The position numbers and the translations under genes are program-made. 64,000 nucleotides of DNA, taken from NCBI GenBank assembly GCA_038230375.1, contig JBBRNJ010000021.1, positions 1 to 64,000 on the forward strand, in the 5' to 3' direction. Below are positions 36,599 through 47,084 of the stretch, piece by piece. The first letter of the stretch is position 1; every line of letters begins with the position of its first letter. This stretch comes from Polyangiales bacterium. GTDB taxonomy: Bacteria; Myxococcota_A; Polyangia; Polyangiales; Polyangiaceae. The notes below the pieces were generated by a model. That model was not told the origin of the DNA. It saw only the letters and a program-made list of their open reading frames with translations, and made no database searches.

Positions 36599-37732
36599 TC
36601 ACTGGACCACCAGGGTTGCACGGAGTGCGCCAGCGCTCTTCAGCGCAGAGAGGACGCTCACGAGCTCGCGCGGTGGGATGCCCAGCGAGCTCAACGCGGA
36701 GGCCACGTCTGCAAGTCTTGCAGCGCCCTTCACGTAGGCCATGGTGTTGCCGTTGCGACCGGCTCCGTTCTCGTCGGGCACCACCTCCGTGTGCGGGATC
36801 ACCTTCGTGTCGCCGCGGCCGGCGGGGGCGATGGGCTGCGACACGTCGGGCGTCTCGCGAATGAGCACCGTGAGCCCGCCCGTGGCGATGGCGACAGGAG
36901 CAAGCTGCACGTCACCACCAGCGACGATGGTGCCAGTGCGCTCGTTGATCACGACGCGCGCGACCATGGGCGCGTTCACGTCGATCTCGCCAAGGCGCGC
37001 GATGGTCGCGACGGCCGCGGCCTCGCTCTCCAGGGTGACGGACACGGCGCCGCCGTCGACCGCCGTGGCGACCTTCGCGCCCATCTCCTTGTCGATGGCC
37101 TCCTGGATGCGCTGCGCGAGCAGGAAATCCGGCTGTCGCAGCGAGTAGACGATCTTGCCCTTCTCCGTGAACGTGGTGGCGATCAGTCGCTCCACCAGGC
37201 CCCCGTCCGGGATGCGCGCCGCGTTCGGACTGTTCTTCTGCACCGACGACGACTGTCCGTGTGCCTCGAGCCCGCCGACAATGAGCGAGCCCTGCGAGAC
37301 CGCGTACACGCGCCCGTCCGCACCGTACAGCGGTGTCTGCACCAGCACGCCGCCCTGCAGAGAGCGCGCGTTGCCGATCGAGGAGATGGTCACATCGAGA
37401 CGCGTGCCGGGGCGCGCGAACGGCGGAATGGTCGCGGTCACGAGCACCGCTGCCACGTTGCGCAGGCGAATCGACGTGCCGTCCGCCTGCACGCCGAGCT
37501 TGCGCATGAGCGCCAGCAGCGATTGCGTTGCGAACGGAGCAGAGGCATCGTCGCCTGTGCCGGTGAGGCCCGTGACCACGCCATACCCCACGAGCTGGTT
37601 GTCGCGGACGCCGACGACGTCGCAGAGATCCTTCACATGGTCCGCGCGCGCGGGTTTGCTGACGAGCAGCACCAACACAGCGATGACGAGCACGAACGAG
37701 AGCCGAAAATATGGATGTCGCATGGGCCTCAA
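36599..37732 (-). CDS. flgI: Flagellar P-ring protein
   Basis: GVRDNQLVGYGVVTGLTGTGD, NVAAVLVTA, SLQGGVL, RVVINERTGTIV. Confidence 0.97.
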   Translation of the reverse strand: MRPMRHPYFRLSFVLVIAVLVLLVSKPARADHVKDLCDVVGVRDNQLVGYGVVTGLTGTGDDASAPFATQSLLALMRKLGVQADGTSIRLRNVAAVLVTATIPPFARPGTRLDVTISSIGNARSLQGGVLVQTPLYGADGRVYAVSQGSLIVGGLEAHGQSSSVQKNSPNAARIPDGGLVERLIATTFTEKGKIVYSLRQPDFLLAQRIQEAIDKEMGAKVATAVDGGAVSVTLESEAAAVATIARLGEIDVNAPMVARVVINERTGTIVAGGDVQLAPVAIATGGLTVLIRETPDVSQPIAPAGRGDTKVIPHTEVVPDENGAGRNGNTMAYVKGAARLADVASALSSLGIPPRELVSVLSALKSAGALRATLVVQ

Positions 37733-38433
37733 AACGGGTTGATGGTGTCGAGGGCCCTGCCGAGGAAGCCGCGCTCTTGCTGGTCAGCCATGTCGCCGCG
37801 ACCGGTGAACTCGATCTGCGCGTCCGCGATGCGTGACGAGGCGACGGTGTTGTCCGTCTTCACGTCGGTCCAGCGGACCAGGCCGGAGATGTAGAGGTGG
37901 TACTCCTCGTTGTTGATCATCACGACCTTCGTGCCTTCGATGTAGAAGTCACCGTTCGGCAGCTGCTTCGCCACGCGCACCGCGATGGAGCCCTGGAGAG
38001 TGCCCGTCCGCGTGGTGGCGCCGTTGCCCGCGAAGTTGGAGGCAGCGGCCAGCTGCAGGAGCTTTCCCGTATCCATCTCCGGGTTCAGGCGCTTCAGCGC
38101 CGGCATGAGCCCGAGCACCGCGTCGGCACCCGCGTTCCGGTCGGTGCTCTTGCCCAGCTTGGTGGTCGCGTCGCCCTTTGCGTCCGCCTGTTCGTCGATG
38201 CTGATGACGACGATGTCGCCCACGTGGAGCGCGCGCGTGTCCTGGAGCAGGCCTGGGCGTGCGTCGGAGTAGAGGGAGCCGGCGCCCGGGCTCGCATCGG
38301 GCGAGGCCTGCGCGTATGCGCCAGGGTCGTACTTGCGATGGCGCGGCGCGAACGTCTTGATGTGCGCGGGACCACACCCGGCGGCCGTGCCCAGCAGCAC
38401 CGCAGCCAGAACGAGCCGCTGCATGCTGGTCAT
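37729..38433 (-). CDS. flgH: Flagellar L-ring lipoprotein
   Basis: Lipobox AAGC; DTRALHVGDIV, LPNGDFYIEGTK, SGLVR..D..NTVASSRIADA. Confidence 0.95.
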   Translation of the reverse strand: MTSMQRLVLAAVLLGTAAGCGPAHIKTFAPRHRKYDPGAYAQASPDASPGAGSLYSDARPGLLQDTRALHVGDIVVISIDEQADAKGDATTKLGKSTDRNAGADAVLGLMPALKRLNPEMDTGKLLQLAAASNFAGNGATTRTGTLQGSIAVRVAKQLPNGDFYIEGTKVVMINNEEYHLYISGLVRWTDVKTDNTVASSRIADAQIEFTGRGDMADQQERGFLGRALDTINPF

Positions 38434-39179
38434 CGCACGCCCTCCAGCAGCTCGGCATGGCTCCTGGACGTGAGCTTCACCTTCACGGTGCGGCTCGTCG
38501 CCGTCAGTATCACCATCGTTGCGTCGCCCACGTCGGCGTCCTTCAAGAGCGTGGCCTCCGTGGAGACGCTGAGCGTTGCTCGCTCCACGACCACAGTCAC
38601 ATGTGCGCCCTTCCGCAGATCGGGCGCGCTCGCGGCCTCACTGATCTCCACCACCACAGCGATGGGGATGATCGCCACGCGGACGTCGTCCTGCAGTAGC
38701 TCCACGTTGGCCGTGGTGTGGAACGGACCCTTCGTCTTCGGAAGCTTGGGGAGCGTGGCCTGGCCCACGCGCGTGCCGGAGGGTGCGGTGAAGTCACTGG
38801 TCGCCTCGACGCGCGTCAGCGTGACGCCCGCGGGGAGCTGCGCAGTGATGGCGGCGCGGGAGAGCTCCGCGAGCGCACGGCTTGCCAGATGCTCCGACGC
38901 ACGCGTCACGCGCGTGGTCGTAGGCATCGCGAATTCGGCTGTTTTTCCGGCTCGGCGTAGCGAACGCACGATCTCGTCGCGGCTGACCACGCGGCTTGCG
39001 CCGGGCGAAGGTGCGGGCCCGAGCTCGACGTCGCGTGCGCCTGTCGGGGCATCCTTCACCACGTCCCCGACCGTGAGTCGTGCACGCATGACCAGCAGCG
39101 ACGCCGGCGCCTCCGCGGCCGCCGTTCCCGAGAGGGCCGCAACGAGGAGAGCTACGAGGGGGAGCGCGAGGTGCTTCAT
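38430..39179 (-). CDS. flgA: P-ring assembly chaperone FlgA (divergent)
   Basis: Signal peptide; LGPAPSPG; C-terminal RKGAHVTVV..LSVSTEATLLKDADVGD; lies between flgG and flgH. Confidence 0.8.
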   Translation of the reverse strand: MKHLALPLVALLVAALSGTAAAEAPASLLVMRARLTVGDVVKDAPTGARDVELGPAPSPGASRVVSRDEIVRSLRRAGKTAEFAMPTTTRVTRASEHLASRALAELSRAAITAQLPAGVTLTRVEATSDFTAPSGTRVGQATLPKLPKTKGPFHTTANVELLQDDVRVAIIPIAVVVEISEAASAPDLRKGAHVTVVVERATLSVSTEATLLKDADVGDATMVILTATSRTVKVKLTSRSHAELLEGVR

Positions 39180-39961
39180 TTGAGCGCGCTCGCGGCGCGC
39201 AACATCTCGTCCGCGGCGGTCACGACCTTGGTGTTGATCTCGTATGCGCGCTGTGCGCTGATGAGGCCGATCATCTCCTCGACGACCTCCACGTTCGCGT
39301 GCTCCAGGCTTCCCTGCAGGAGCGTGCCGCTGCCGTTGGAGCCCGGCGCGCCCACCTGGGCCTCGCCGCTCGCGGTGCTGGCCGTGAAGAGGTTGTGGCC
39401 GACGGCGTTGAGGCCGCCCGGATTGACGAAGTTTGCGATCTGCAGCGTGCCGACCTGGTTCGCGGCGGTCTGGCCCGGCTGGACCACGCTCACGATTCCG
39501 TCGGCGCCGATGGTGACGCTCTGCGCGCCTTGCGGGATCGTGATCGGCGGCTCGAGAGGCATACCCTCGCTCGTGCAGAGCCTGCCCTGCGCGTCCGTCT
39601 TCAGGTTGCCGGCGCGCGTGTAGGCGGGCTGACCATCCGGCTGGCCCACCACGAAGAAGCCGTTGCCTTCGATGGCAAGGTCGAGCGGGTTGTTCGTGTT
39701 CTGCATCGCGCCCTGCCCGAAGTTGCGCGACGTGGAGACAAGGCGCACACCGCTACCCAGCTGCGTGCCCGAGGGTGCGACGGTCGTTGCGCTGGTCTGC
39801 GTGCCCGCGGCTCGAACGGTCTGGTAGACCAGGTCCTGGAAGTCGGCGCGCGTCTTCTTGAAGCCGATGGTGTTGGCGTTCGCAAGGTTGTTGGAGATGG
39901 AGTCGAGCTCGGCCTCTTGCGCTGCCATGCCCGTCGCCGCTGTGTGAAGTGAACGAAACAT
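39176..39961 (-). CDS. flgG: Flagellar distal rod protein
   Basis: MFRSLHTAATGM, SNNLANANTIGFKK.RADFQDL.YQ, DLAIEGNGFF, YTRAG, QRAYEINTK. Confidence 0.97.
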   Translation of the reverse strand: MFRSLHTAATGMAAQEAELDSISNNLANANTIGFKKTRADFQDLVYQTVRAAGTQTSATTVAPSGTQLGSGVRLVSTSRNFGQGAMQNTNNPLDLAIEGNGFFVVGQPDGQPAYTRAGNLKTDAQGRLCTSEGMPLEPPITIPQGAQSVTIGADGIVSVVQPGQTAANQVGTLQIANFVNPGGLNAVGHNLFTASTASGEAQVGAPGSNGSGTLLQGSLEHANVEVVEEMIGLISAQRAYEINTKVVTAADEMLRAASALK

Positions 39962-40016
39962 CTCTGACCTCTTTCACGCGATTCGTGTCCCGTGTTCGGG
40001 GACGCAGCTCATGTCG

Positions 40017-40032
40017 TGCATGCCCGGTGCCA
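40017..40032 (-). promoter_or_regulatory. Sigma54 promoter for the flgG operon
   Basis: TGGCAC-CGGGC-ATGCA (GG-N10-GC); overlaps the palindrome GGTGCCA-G-TGGCACC at 40026-40040. Confidence 0.7.
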
Positions 40033-40042
40033 GTGGCACCCT

Positions 40043-40396
40043 TCACCCGGCGTCCGCCTCTGGCGCCGCCGAATCGGCTTCAGTTTCCGTGTCCGCGTCG
40101 TTCTCCTTCGCGCTCTCCGCGTCGGTTTCGCCAGCGTCTTTCGTGGTCGCAGCGTCAACGGGCGTGCTGTCCTGCGCCTGCGCGTTGGCGTCCGCCGCGT
40201 TGCCAACGGAGCCCTCCGTCGTGTCCGCATCCGCGGACGCGGCCGTGCTCGCACACGTGCCCGCCTGGCACGTCATGCCGTTCGCGCAGTCCGAGAGGCG
40301 AAGGCAGCTGTTGCCGGTCCCGCACCCCACGGAGAGCAGCGGGAGGAGCGACAGGCCGACCGCAACGGCGACGAGAGCCGCGCGTGCGTATCTCAC
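40043..40396 (-). CDS. Small Cys-containing lipoprotein with acidic tail
   Basis: GTG overlaps the upstream TGA; signal ..LLSVGC, CLRLSDCANGMTCQAGTC, Asp/Ala/Glu-rich tail. Confidence 0.7.
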   Translation of the reverse strand: MRYARAALVAVAVGLSLLPLLSVGCGTGNSCLRLSDCANGMTCQAGTCASTAASADADTTEGSVGNAADANAQAQDSTPVDAATTKDAGETDAESAKENDADTETEADSAAPEADAG

Positions 40397-40923
40397 TTCT
40401 CTTCTCCGTTCTTCTCTGCGACGAGGCTCGAGATGTCGCCGCGCACGCCGAGCGACAGCAGGCCCCACATGAGCACGCCGCTGGTCGGGAGATCGGTGCC
40501 GAAGGGAAGCGCGGAGATCGACGGCTCGACGAAGAGCCGCATGTCGCTCTTGCCAAAGAGGAACGTCGCACCTGCCACGCCTCCGATGAGGATGTGCGGC
40601 ACCCACGTACCGGTCGCGCCGCCGAACGCCTCCATCCGCCGAGAGAACGCGTAGGTGTAGCGGATCTCGTTGCCGAACGACGTGTGCGGCTCGATCTCGA
40701 CGAACGCGATCGCGCTCATGCCGCTGTTGCCCTCTTCTGTCTGCCAGAGCACGGAGGCGCGGAGGCGTGTGCGTGCGCGCCGGAACGCCGTCGTGCCCGT
40801 GCCGTCGTCGCCGGCCTCCATCCCGCTCGCGGCGCCGATGTCGGCGCCCATGACCTGGGCAGAGGCGGCAGTGCTTGTGGCAAGGCTAACGAGCGCGGCG
40901 GCGAGGGCGACTGAGCGTTTCAT
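40393..40923 (-). CDS. Secreted protein, probable small outer-membrane beta-barrel
   Basis: Signal peptide ending ASA-Q; about eight amphipathic strands, last strand WGLLSLGVRGD. Confidence 0.65.
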   Translation of the reverse strand: MKRSVALAAALVSLATSTAASAQVMGADIGAASGMEAGDDGTGTTAFRRARTRLRASVLWQTEEGNSGMSAIAFVEIEPHTSFGNEIRYTYAFSRRMEAFGGATGTWVPHILIGGVAGATFLFGKSDMRLFVEPSISALPFGTDLPTSGVLMWGLLSLGVRGDISSLVAEKNGEEK

Positions 40924-40986
40924 CAGCAGTCGTAGGTGCGACGATCGTGCCGCAAGGCTCTCCAGCTTTTGCGGAGAGTGCCGTTC

Positions 40987-41745
40987 TCATGGGCCCGCGA
41001 TCACGACCACGAGATCGACGCGGCGGTTCTGCGCCCGCCCTTCCGGCGAGTCGTTCGACGCGATCGGATGGTGCTGGCCGTACCCCGCGCCCGACAGGCG
41101 CTCCGGCGACATCTTGTGCGTCTCCGTGATGACACGGAGGACCGTCATGGCGCGAGCGCCAGAGAGCTCCCAGTTCGACGGAAATTTGTCGGTGTGGATG
41201 GGCGCGGAGTCCGTGTGACCCTCCACGCGCACGGCGACCTCGTGCAGCGCGAGCTCCTGCGCGATGAGGAGCACGGCGTTCTTGCCCTCGGGGCGAATGT
41301 CCGCGGCGCCCACGTCGAAGAGCAGGCGCTCGGGCAGGCGCAGGATGATCTCGCCGTGCGCCTCGATCACCTTCAGCGAAACGAGATCCTTCTGCTCCTT
41401 GAGCTTGGATTCGAGCTTCTCCTTGAGCTCCTTCGCTTCCGCCTCCTTCGCGCCCTCGCCCTTGCCTTTGCCCTGCTTCGGGTCCTCTTCGTCGCTCGGC
41501 TGATCGCCGACAAAAGCCTTTGCCTTGTCGTGGGGCATCATGCCGTAGCCGCCGGGCGAGTCGAACATGTTCCAGGTCACGGCCGTGGTGAACGACTCCG
41601 TGAATCGCCCGAGCTTGTTCGAGTCCACCTGCGACGAGGCGAACATGACGACGAAGAACGCGAACAGCAGCGTCATGAAGTCCGCGTAGCTCACGAGCCA
41701 TCGCTCGTGGTTCACGTGTTCTGGGTGCTTGTGCTTCTTCGCCAC
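40987..41745 (-). CDS. motB: Flagellar stator MotB
   Basis: GTG 41745; HERWLVSYADFMTLLFAFFVVMFASS with the essential Asp; OmpA-like VEGHTD..NWELSGARA..NRRVD. Confidence 0.96.
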   Translation of the reverse strand: MAKKHKHPEHVNHERWLVSYADFMTLLFAFFVVMFASSQVDSNKLGRFTESFTTAVTWNMFDSPGGYGMMPHDKAKAFVGDQPSDEEDPKQGKGKGEGAKEAEAKELKEKLESKLKEQKDLVSLKVIEAHGEIILRLPERLLFDVGAADIRPEGKNAVLLIAQELALHEVAVRVEGHTDSAPIHTDKFPSNWELSGARAMTVLRVITETHKMSPERLSGAGYGQHHPIASNDSPEGRAQNRRVDLVVVIAGP

Positions 41746-41756
41746 TTCGCTGCGCT

Positions 41757-41861
41757 CCGTTTCCTGGTCCCGCGGGCCGTTCCGGCCCTCGTGAGCTCCG
41801 CTCCCGAGCCTCCCCACGTCCGCCTCACGGCGACTCGTGCTGCGCACGAGGGGTCGGTCTG
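41757..41861 (-). repeat. Four-hairpin structured repeat, copy B (motB leader)
   Basis: CTCGTGC-GCA-GCACGAG, CGCC-GTGA-GGCG, CTCGGGAGC-GGA-GCTCACGAG, GGCCG-GAA-CGGCC; same linkers as copy A. Confidence 0.75.
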
Positions 41862-41972
41862 CAGTGGCGCGCCTAACGAGGCAGCGCGGCTGCTTCCCAA
41901 CGACGAGAGTCGGACTCCGCATTGGGCAGCAAGACCTGGTCCTCAGCGAAGCCGAGCTCGAGGTCGGGCGCG

Positions 41973-42014
41973 AACGACGTCGAACGCGAGGTCCAGGTCG
42001 ACGTCCACGTCGAG
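41973..42014 (-). repeat. Degenerate hexamer tandem repeat (NTSGAC) right after the motA stop
   Basis: CTCGAC GTGGAC GTCGAC CTGGAC CTCGCG TTCGAC GTCGTT. Confidence 0.55.
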
Positions 42015-42806
42015 CTAGGCGGCTGCTTTTTCGGCTGCTGGTGCTTTCCCGTGATCATCGTGCGCTCCTCCGCCCATGCCTGTCAGACGATCCCTGATGA
42101 CCTTCGGGTTCATGCCCTGCTGGATGGCCAGGGCGCCTTCGAGCAGCATTTCTTCGGTCTGGACGGTGGCCCTGGTTCGCAGCTTCAACTTGGCCGCGAA
42201 CGGCAGGAAGATGATGTTCGCGAAGGCAACGCCGTAGATCGTGGCAACGAATGCGACTGCGATACCTTCACCGACCTTCGCGATGTCGGAGAGGTTGCTC
42301 ATGACCTGGATGAGGCCAAGGACGGCGCCGATGATACCGATGGTCGGCGAGTAGCCGCCGCCGGCTTCATACACCTTGGCGATGTCGTCGCCTTCTTCCT
42401 GGGTGTGATGGATCGAGCCTTCGAGCGTGTCGCGCATGGCCGAGGAGTCTGCGCCGTCGACCGCCATCGTGAGCGCACGAGCGAGGAACGGGTGACTTGC
42501 CTTTGCGGCGAGCGGCTCCAGCGCAAGGATTCCGTCCTTTCGCGCGATGCCCGCGTAGTTCACGATCTCGTCGATCAGCTTCTTGCGCGGATCGGGAGGC
42601 TCTGCAAACGCCAGCTTTCCAGCCTTCACCGCCTTGATGAACGTGGGCATGGACACCTGCACCAGCGTTGCGCCAATGGTTCCGCCCAGCACGATCATGA
42701 AGGCCGTCGGCTGGATGAGCGCGGAGATCTTTCCGCCTTCGATCAGGTCTCCGCCGAGGATGCCGATCGTTGCGACGCCTAGGCCCGCGAGGGTTGCCTT
42801 GTCCAT
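42015..42806 (-). CDS. motA: Flagellar stator MotA
   Basis: ATG 42806; IVLGGTIGA, ARKDGILALE, GGYSPTIGIIGAVLGLI, AFVATIYGV..AN..FLP. Confidence 0.97.
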   Translation of the reverse strand: MDKATLAGLGVATIGILGGDLIEGGKISALIQPTAFMIVLGGTIGATLVQVSMPTFIKAVKAGKLAFAEPPDPRKKLIDEIVNYAGIARKDGILALEPLAAKASHPFLARALTMAVDGADSSAMRDTLEGSIHHTQEEGDDIAKVYEAGGGYSPTIGIIGAVLGLIQVMSNLSDIAKVGEGIAVAFVATIYGVAFANIIFLPFAAKLKLRTRATVQTEEMLLEGALAIQQGMNPKVIRDRLTGMGGGAHDDHGKAPAAEKAAA

Positions 42807-42807
42807 G

Positions 42808-43110
42808 TCACTTCTCGTCCGTGTCAGGGGGAACAGTGGAGAGCCGGAGGAAGGCGTGTGGCGACTTGCTCGGGCGGTTACTCGCACCAGAACGCAATCC
42901 CTGGACCAGCGCGTTCCGCGACGTGGGTGAGGCAGTCGTCGCGCGGCGGTACTGGATGATGCGATCGATCACGGTGTCCAGGCTCTCCTTCACGAGGAGC
43001 TTGTCCCCACCAATCAGCGAGACGGTCGTGTCGGGCATGATCTCGATCCAGGCGATGAGGTCTGGATTGATCGCGACAGGCTGGCCGTTCAGCCGGGTGA
43101 GGAGGACCAT
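42808..43110 (-). CDS. flbD: FlbD/SwrD-family flagellar protein
   Basis: MVLLTRLNG..INPDLI..IE..PDTTVSL..G.KLLVKES; directly upstream of motA. Confidence 0.88.
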   Translation of the reverse strand: MVLLTRLNGQPVAINPDLIAWIEIMPDTTVSLIGGDKLLVKESLDTVIDRIIQYRRATTASPTSRNALVQGLRSGASNRPSKSPHAFLRLSTVPPDTDEK

Positions 43111-43118
43111 GTTCTCTT

Positions 43119-44237
<1,119 letters not shown>

Positions 44238-44285
44238 GAGGGACCTCCAAGACGTTGGCAACACTCTCGTGACGGGAGGAGAGTA

Positions 44286-44302
44286 AGCAACGGCCGGGCC
44301 AA
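44286..44302 (-). promoter_or_regulatory. Sigma54 promoter for activator-flbD-motA-motB
   Basis: TTGGCCC-GGCCG-TTGCT (GG-N10-GC). Confidence 0.7.
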
Positions 44303-44377
44303 CAAAACCTTGAGACGTTGAGACGCAAATTCGGCGATTTTTTCGCGTCGCTGGCAGGAATGGCTACATCGGACGCA

Positions 44378-44416
44378 TGGTAAAAGTCCACCACGCCACC
44401 TGGCGGAAATTTACCA
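44378..44416. promoter_or_regulatory. Candidate activator-binding enhancer (16-bp inverted repeat)
   Basis: TGGTAAAAGTCCACCA-N7-TGGCGGAAATTTACCA, about 75-115 bp upstream of the -24 element. Confidence 0.55.
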
Positions 44417-44417
44417 C

Positions 44418-45740
<1,323 letters not shown>

Positions 45741-45879
45741 GGCAGCGCCGACGATACCACGTACGTACGCGTGCTTGACGGTGTCCCCGTCGCTTCCATG
45801 ACGCTGAAAGCGGCCCGCCGCGGACGCCAGACCCGCTCCGAACGGCTCTTTCGTGCGAACCCGTAGCCGGACTTCCCGG

Positions 45880-45895
45880 CGGCATGGACCCTGCT
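45880..45895 (+). promoter_or_regulatory. Sigma54 promoter for the flgB operon
   Basis: CGGCAT-GGACC-CTGCT (GG-N10-GC), 15 nt before the flgB ATG. Confidence 0.55.
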
Positions 45896-45910
45896 CCAGC
45901 TCCTCTCGCC

Positions 45911-46309
45911 ATGAGTGAGCTATTCGGAGGAGTCGACAAGCTACACGCGACGCTCGACTATCACATGTTCCGCCACAACATGCTGGCGTCCAACCTTGCG
46001 CACGTGGACACGCCAGGCTACGTGCCAAAGGACGTGAGCCGCGACGACATGTCGTTCGACGGCACGCTGCAGCTGGAGGTGGCGAAGACGAGCTCTTCGA
46101 ACGCGGCTGGATCGATCCCCGCATCACCGTCTTACAACGTGTTCGACGATCCGTCGCCCAGCGCCACCGGCCTGGACAAGAACTCCGTGTCGCTCGATCG
46201 CGAGGCGGCGAAGGTGGCGGCGAACCAGATTCGATACGACGTGGTGTCGGTGCTCGCACACAGCGAGCTCTCCGATCTGGAGTTCGCAGCGAACGACGGG
46301 AGAGGCTAA
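45911..46309 (+). CDS. flgB: Flagellar proximal rod protein
   Basis: RHNMLASNLAHVDTPGYVPKD, DKNSVSLDRE..NQIRY. Confidence 0.93.
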   Translation: MSELFGGVDKLHATLDYHMFRHNMLASNLAHVDTPGYVPKDVSRDDMSFDGTLQLEVAKTSSSNAAGSIPASPSYNVFDDPSPSATGLDKNSVSLDREAAKVAANQIRYDVVSVLAHSELSDLEFAANDGRG

Positions 46310-46314
46310 CGAAC

Positions 46315-46743
46315 ATGCTCGGAACATTCAGCGCCATGGAAGTCGCAGCCTCGGGCCTCTCGGCCGAGCGCTCGCGCATGAACACGATCGCCTCGAACCT
46401 GGCGAACGCGAAGACCACGCGCACGGAGGCCGGCGGTCCGTACAAGCGGATCGACCCCGTGTTCGTGGCGCAGCCGCTCTCGCAGAGCTCGTTCGACGCC
46501 ACCGAGCGCAACGTGCAGCTCGTCAAGGTCAGCGAGATCAAGGAAGACACACGCGACCCGATGAAGGTCTACGAGCCTGGGCATCCCGACGCGGATCCCA
46601 CCGGCTACGTGTCCTACCCGAACGTCAACGTGGTGGAGGAGATGGTCAACATGATCACGGCCTCACGCGCGTACGAAGCGGGCGTCAGCTCGATCGAGTC
46701 CGTGAAAAGCATGGCGCAGACGGCCCTGGGCCTCGGGAAGTAA
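46315..46743 (+). CDS. flgC: Flagellar proximal rod protein
   Basis: ASGLSAER.RMNTIASNLANA.TTR, YEPGHPDAD..GYV.YPNVN..EEM..ASRAYEA. Confidence 0.97.
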   Translation: MLGTFSAMEVAASGLSAERSRMNTIASNLANAKTTRTEAGGPYKRIDPVFVAQPLSQSSFDATERNVQLVKVSEIKEDTRDPMKVYEPGHPDADPTGYVSYPNVNVVEEMVNMITASRAYEAGVSSIESVKSMAQTALGLGK

Positions 46744-46746
46744 GCC

Positions 46747-47082
46747 ATGAGCGATCCGATCACGCTGGCTGCTTCGCACCAGACGCCGATCGGCGACGGC
46801 GCGGCCACGATCGACGCGAGCCCGGGCGCTGGGCTACCGACGGGGCAGCGTCCCGAGGACGGTCTTCCGTTCGCGGGGATCCTCGCGCAGGCGCTCGGCG
46901 ACGCCAACTCCACACAGCAGGTCGCGAGTCAGAAGGCAGCCGCGTTCGCCGAGGGCAAGAACGACGACATCCACGGAACGATGATCGCGCTGAAGCAGGC
47001 CGAGATCGAGCTGCATCTCGTGGCCACTGTGAAGAACAAGGTCGTGGACGCCATCAATGACCTCCTCCGGATGAGCATCTGA
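46747..47082 (+). CDS. fliE: Hook-basal body protein
   Basis: DIHGTMIALKQAE..VKNKVVDA..LRMSI. Confidence 0.92.
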   Translation: MSDPITLAASHQTPIGDGAATIDASPGAGLPTGQRPEDGLPFAGILAQALGDANSTQQVASQKAAAFAEGKNDDIHGTMIALKQAEIELHLVATVKNKVVDAINDLLRMSI

Positions 47083-47084
47083 AA

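Noticed and set aside
41746..42058. Small ORFs or a MotB N-terminal extension in the motA-motB spacer
   Set aside because: Not protein-like; the region is explained by the hexamer run and the hairpin element, and MotB homology begins at GTG 41745.
45741..46550. 710-aa version of the sigma54 activator ORF (44418..46550)
   Set aside because: The upstream extension is antisense to flgB/flgC and not protein-like; the real start is near 45740.
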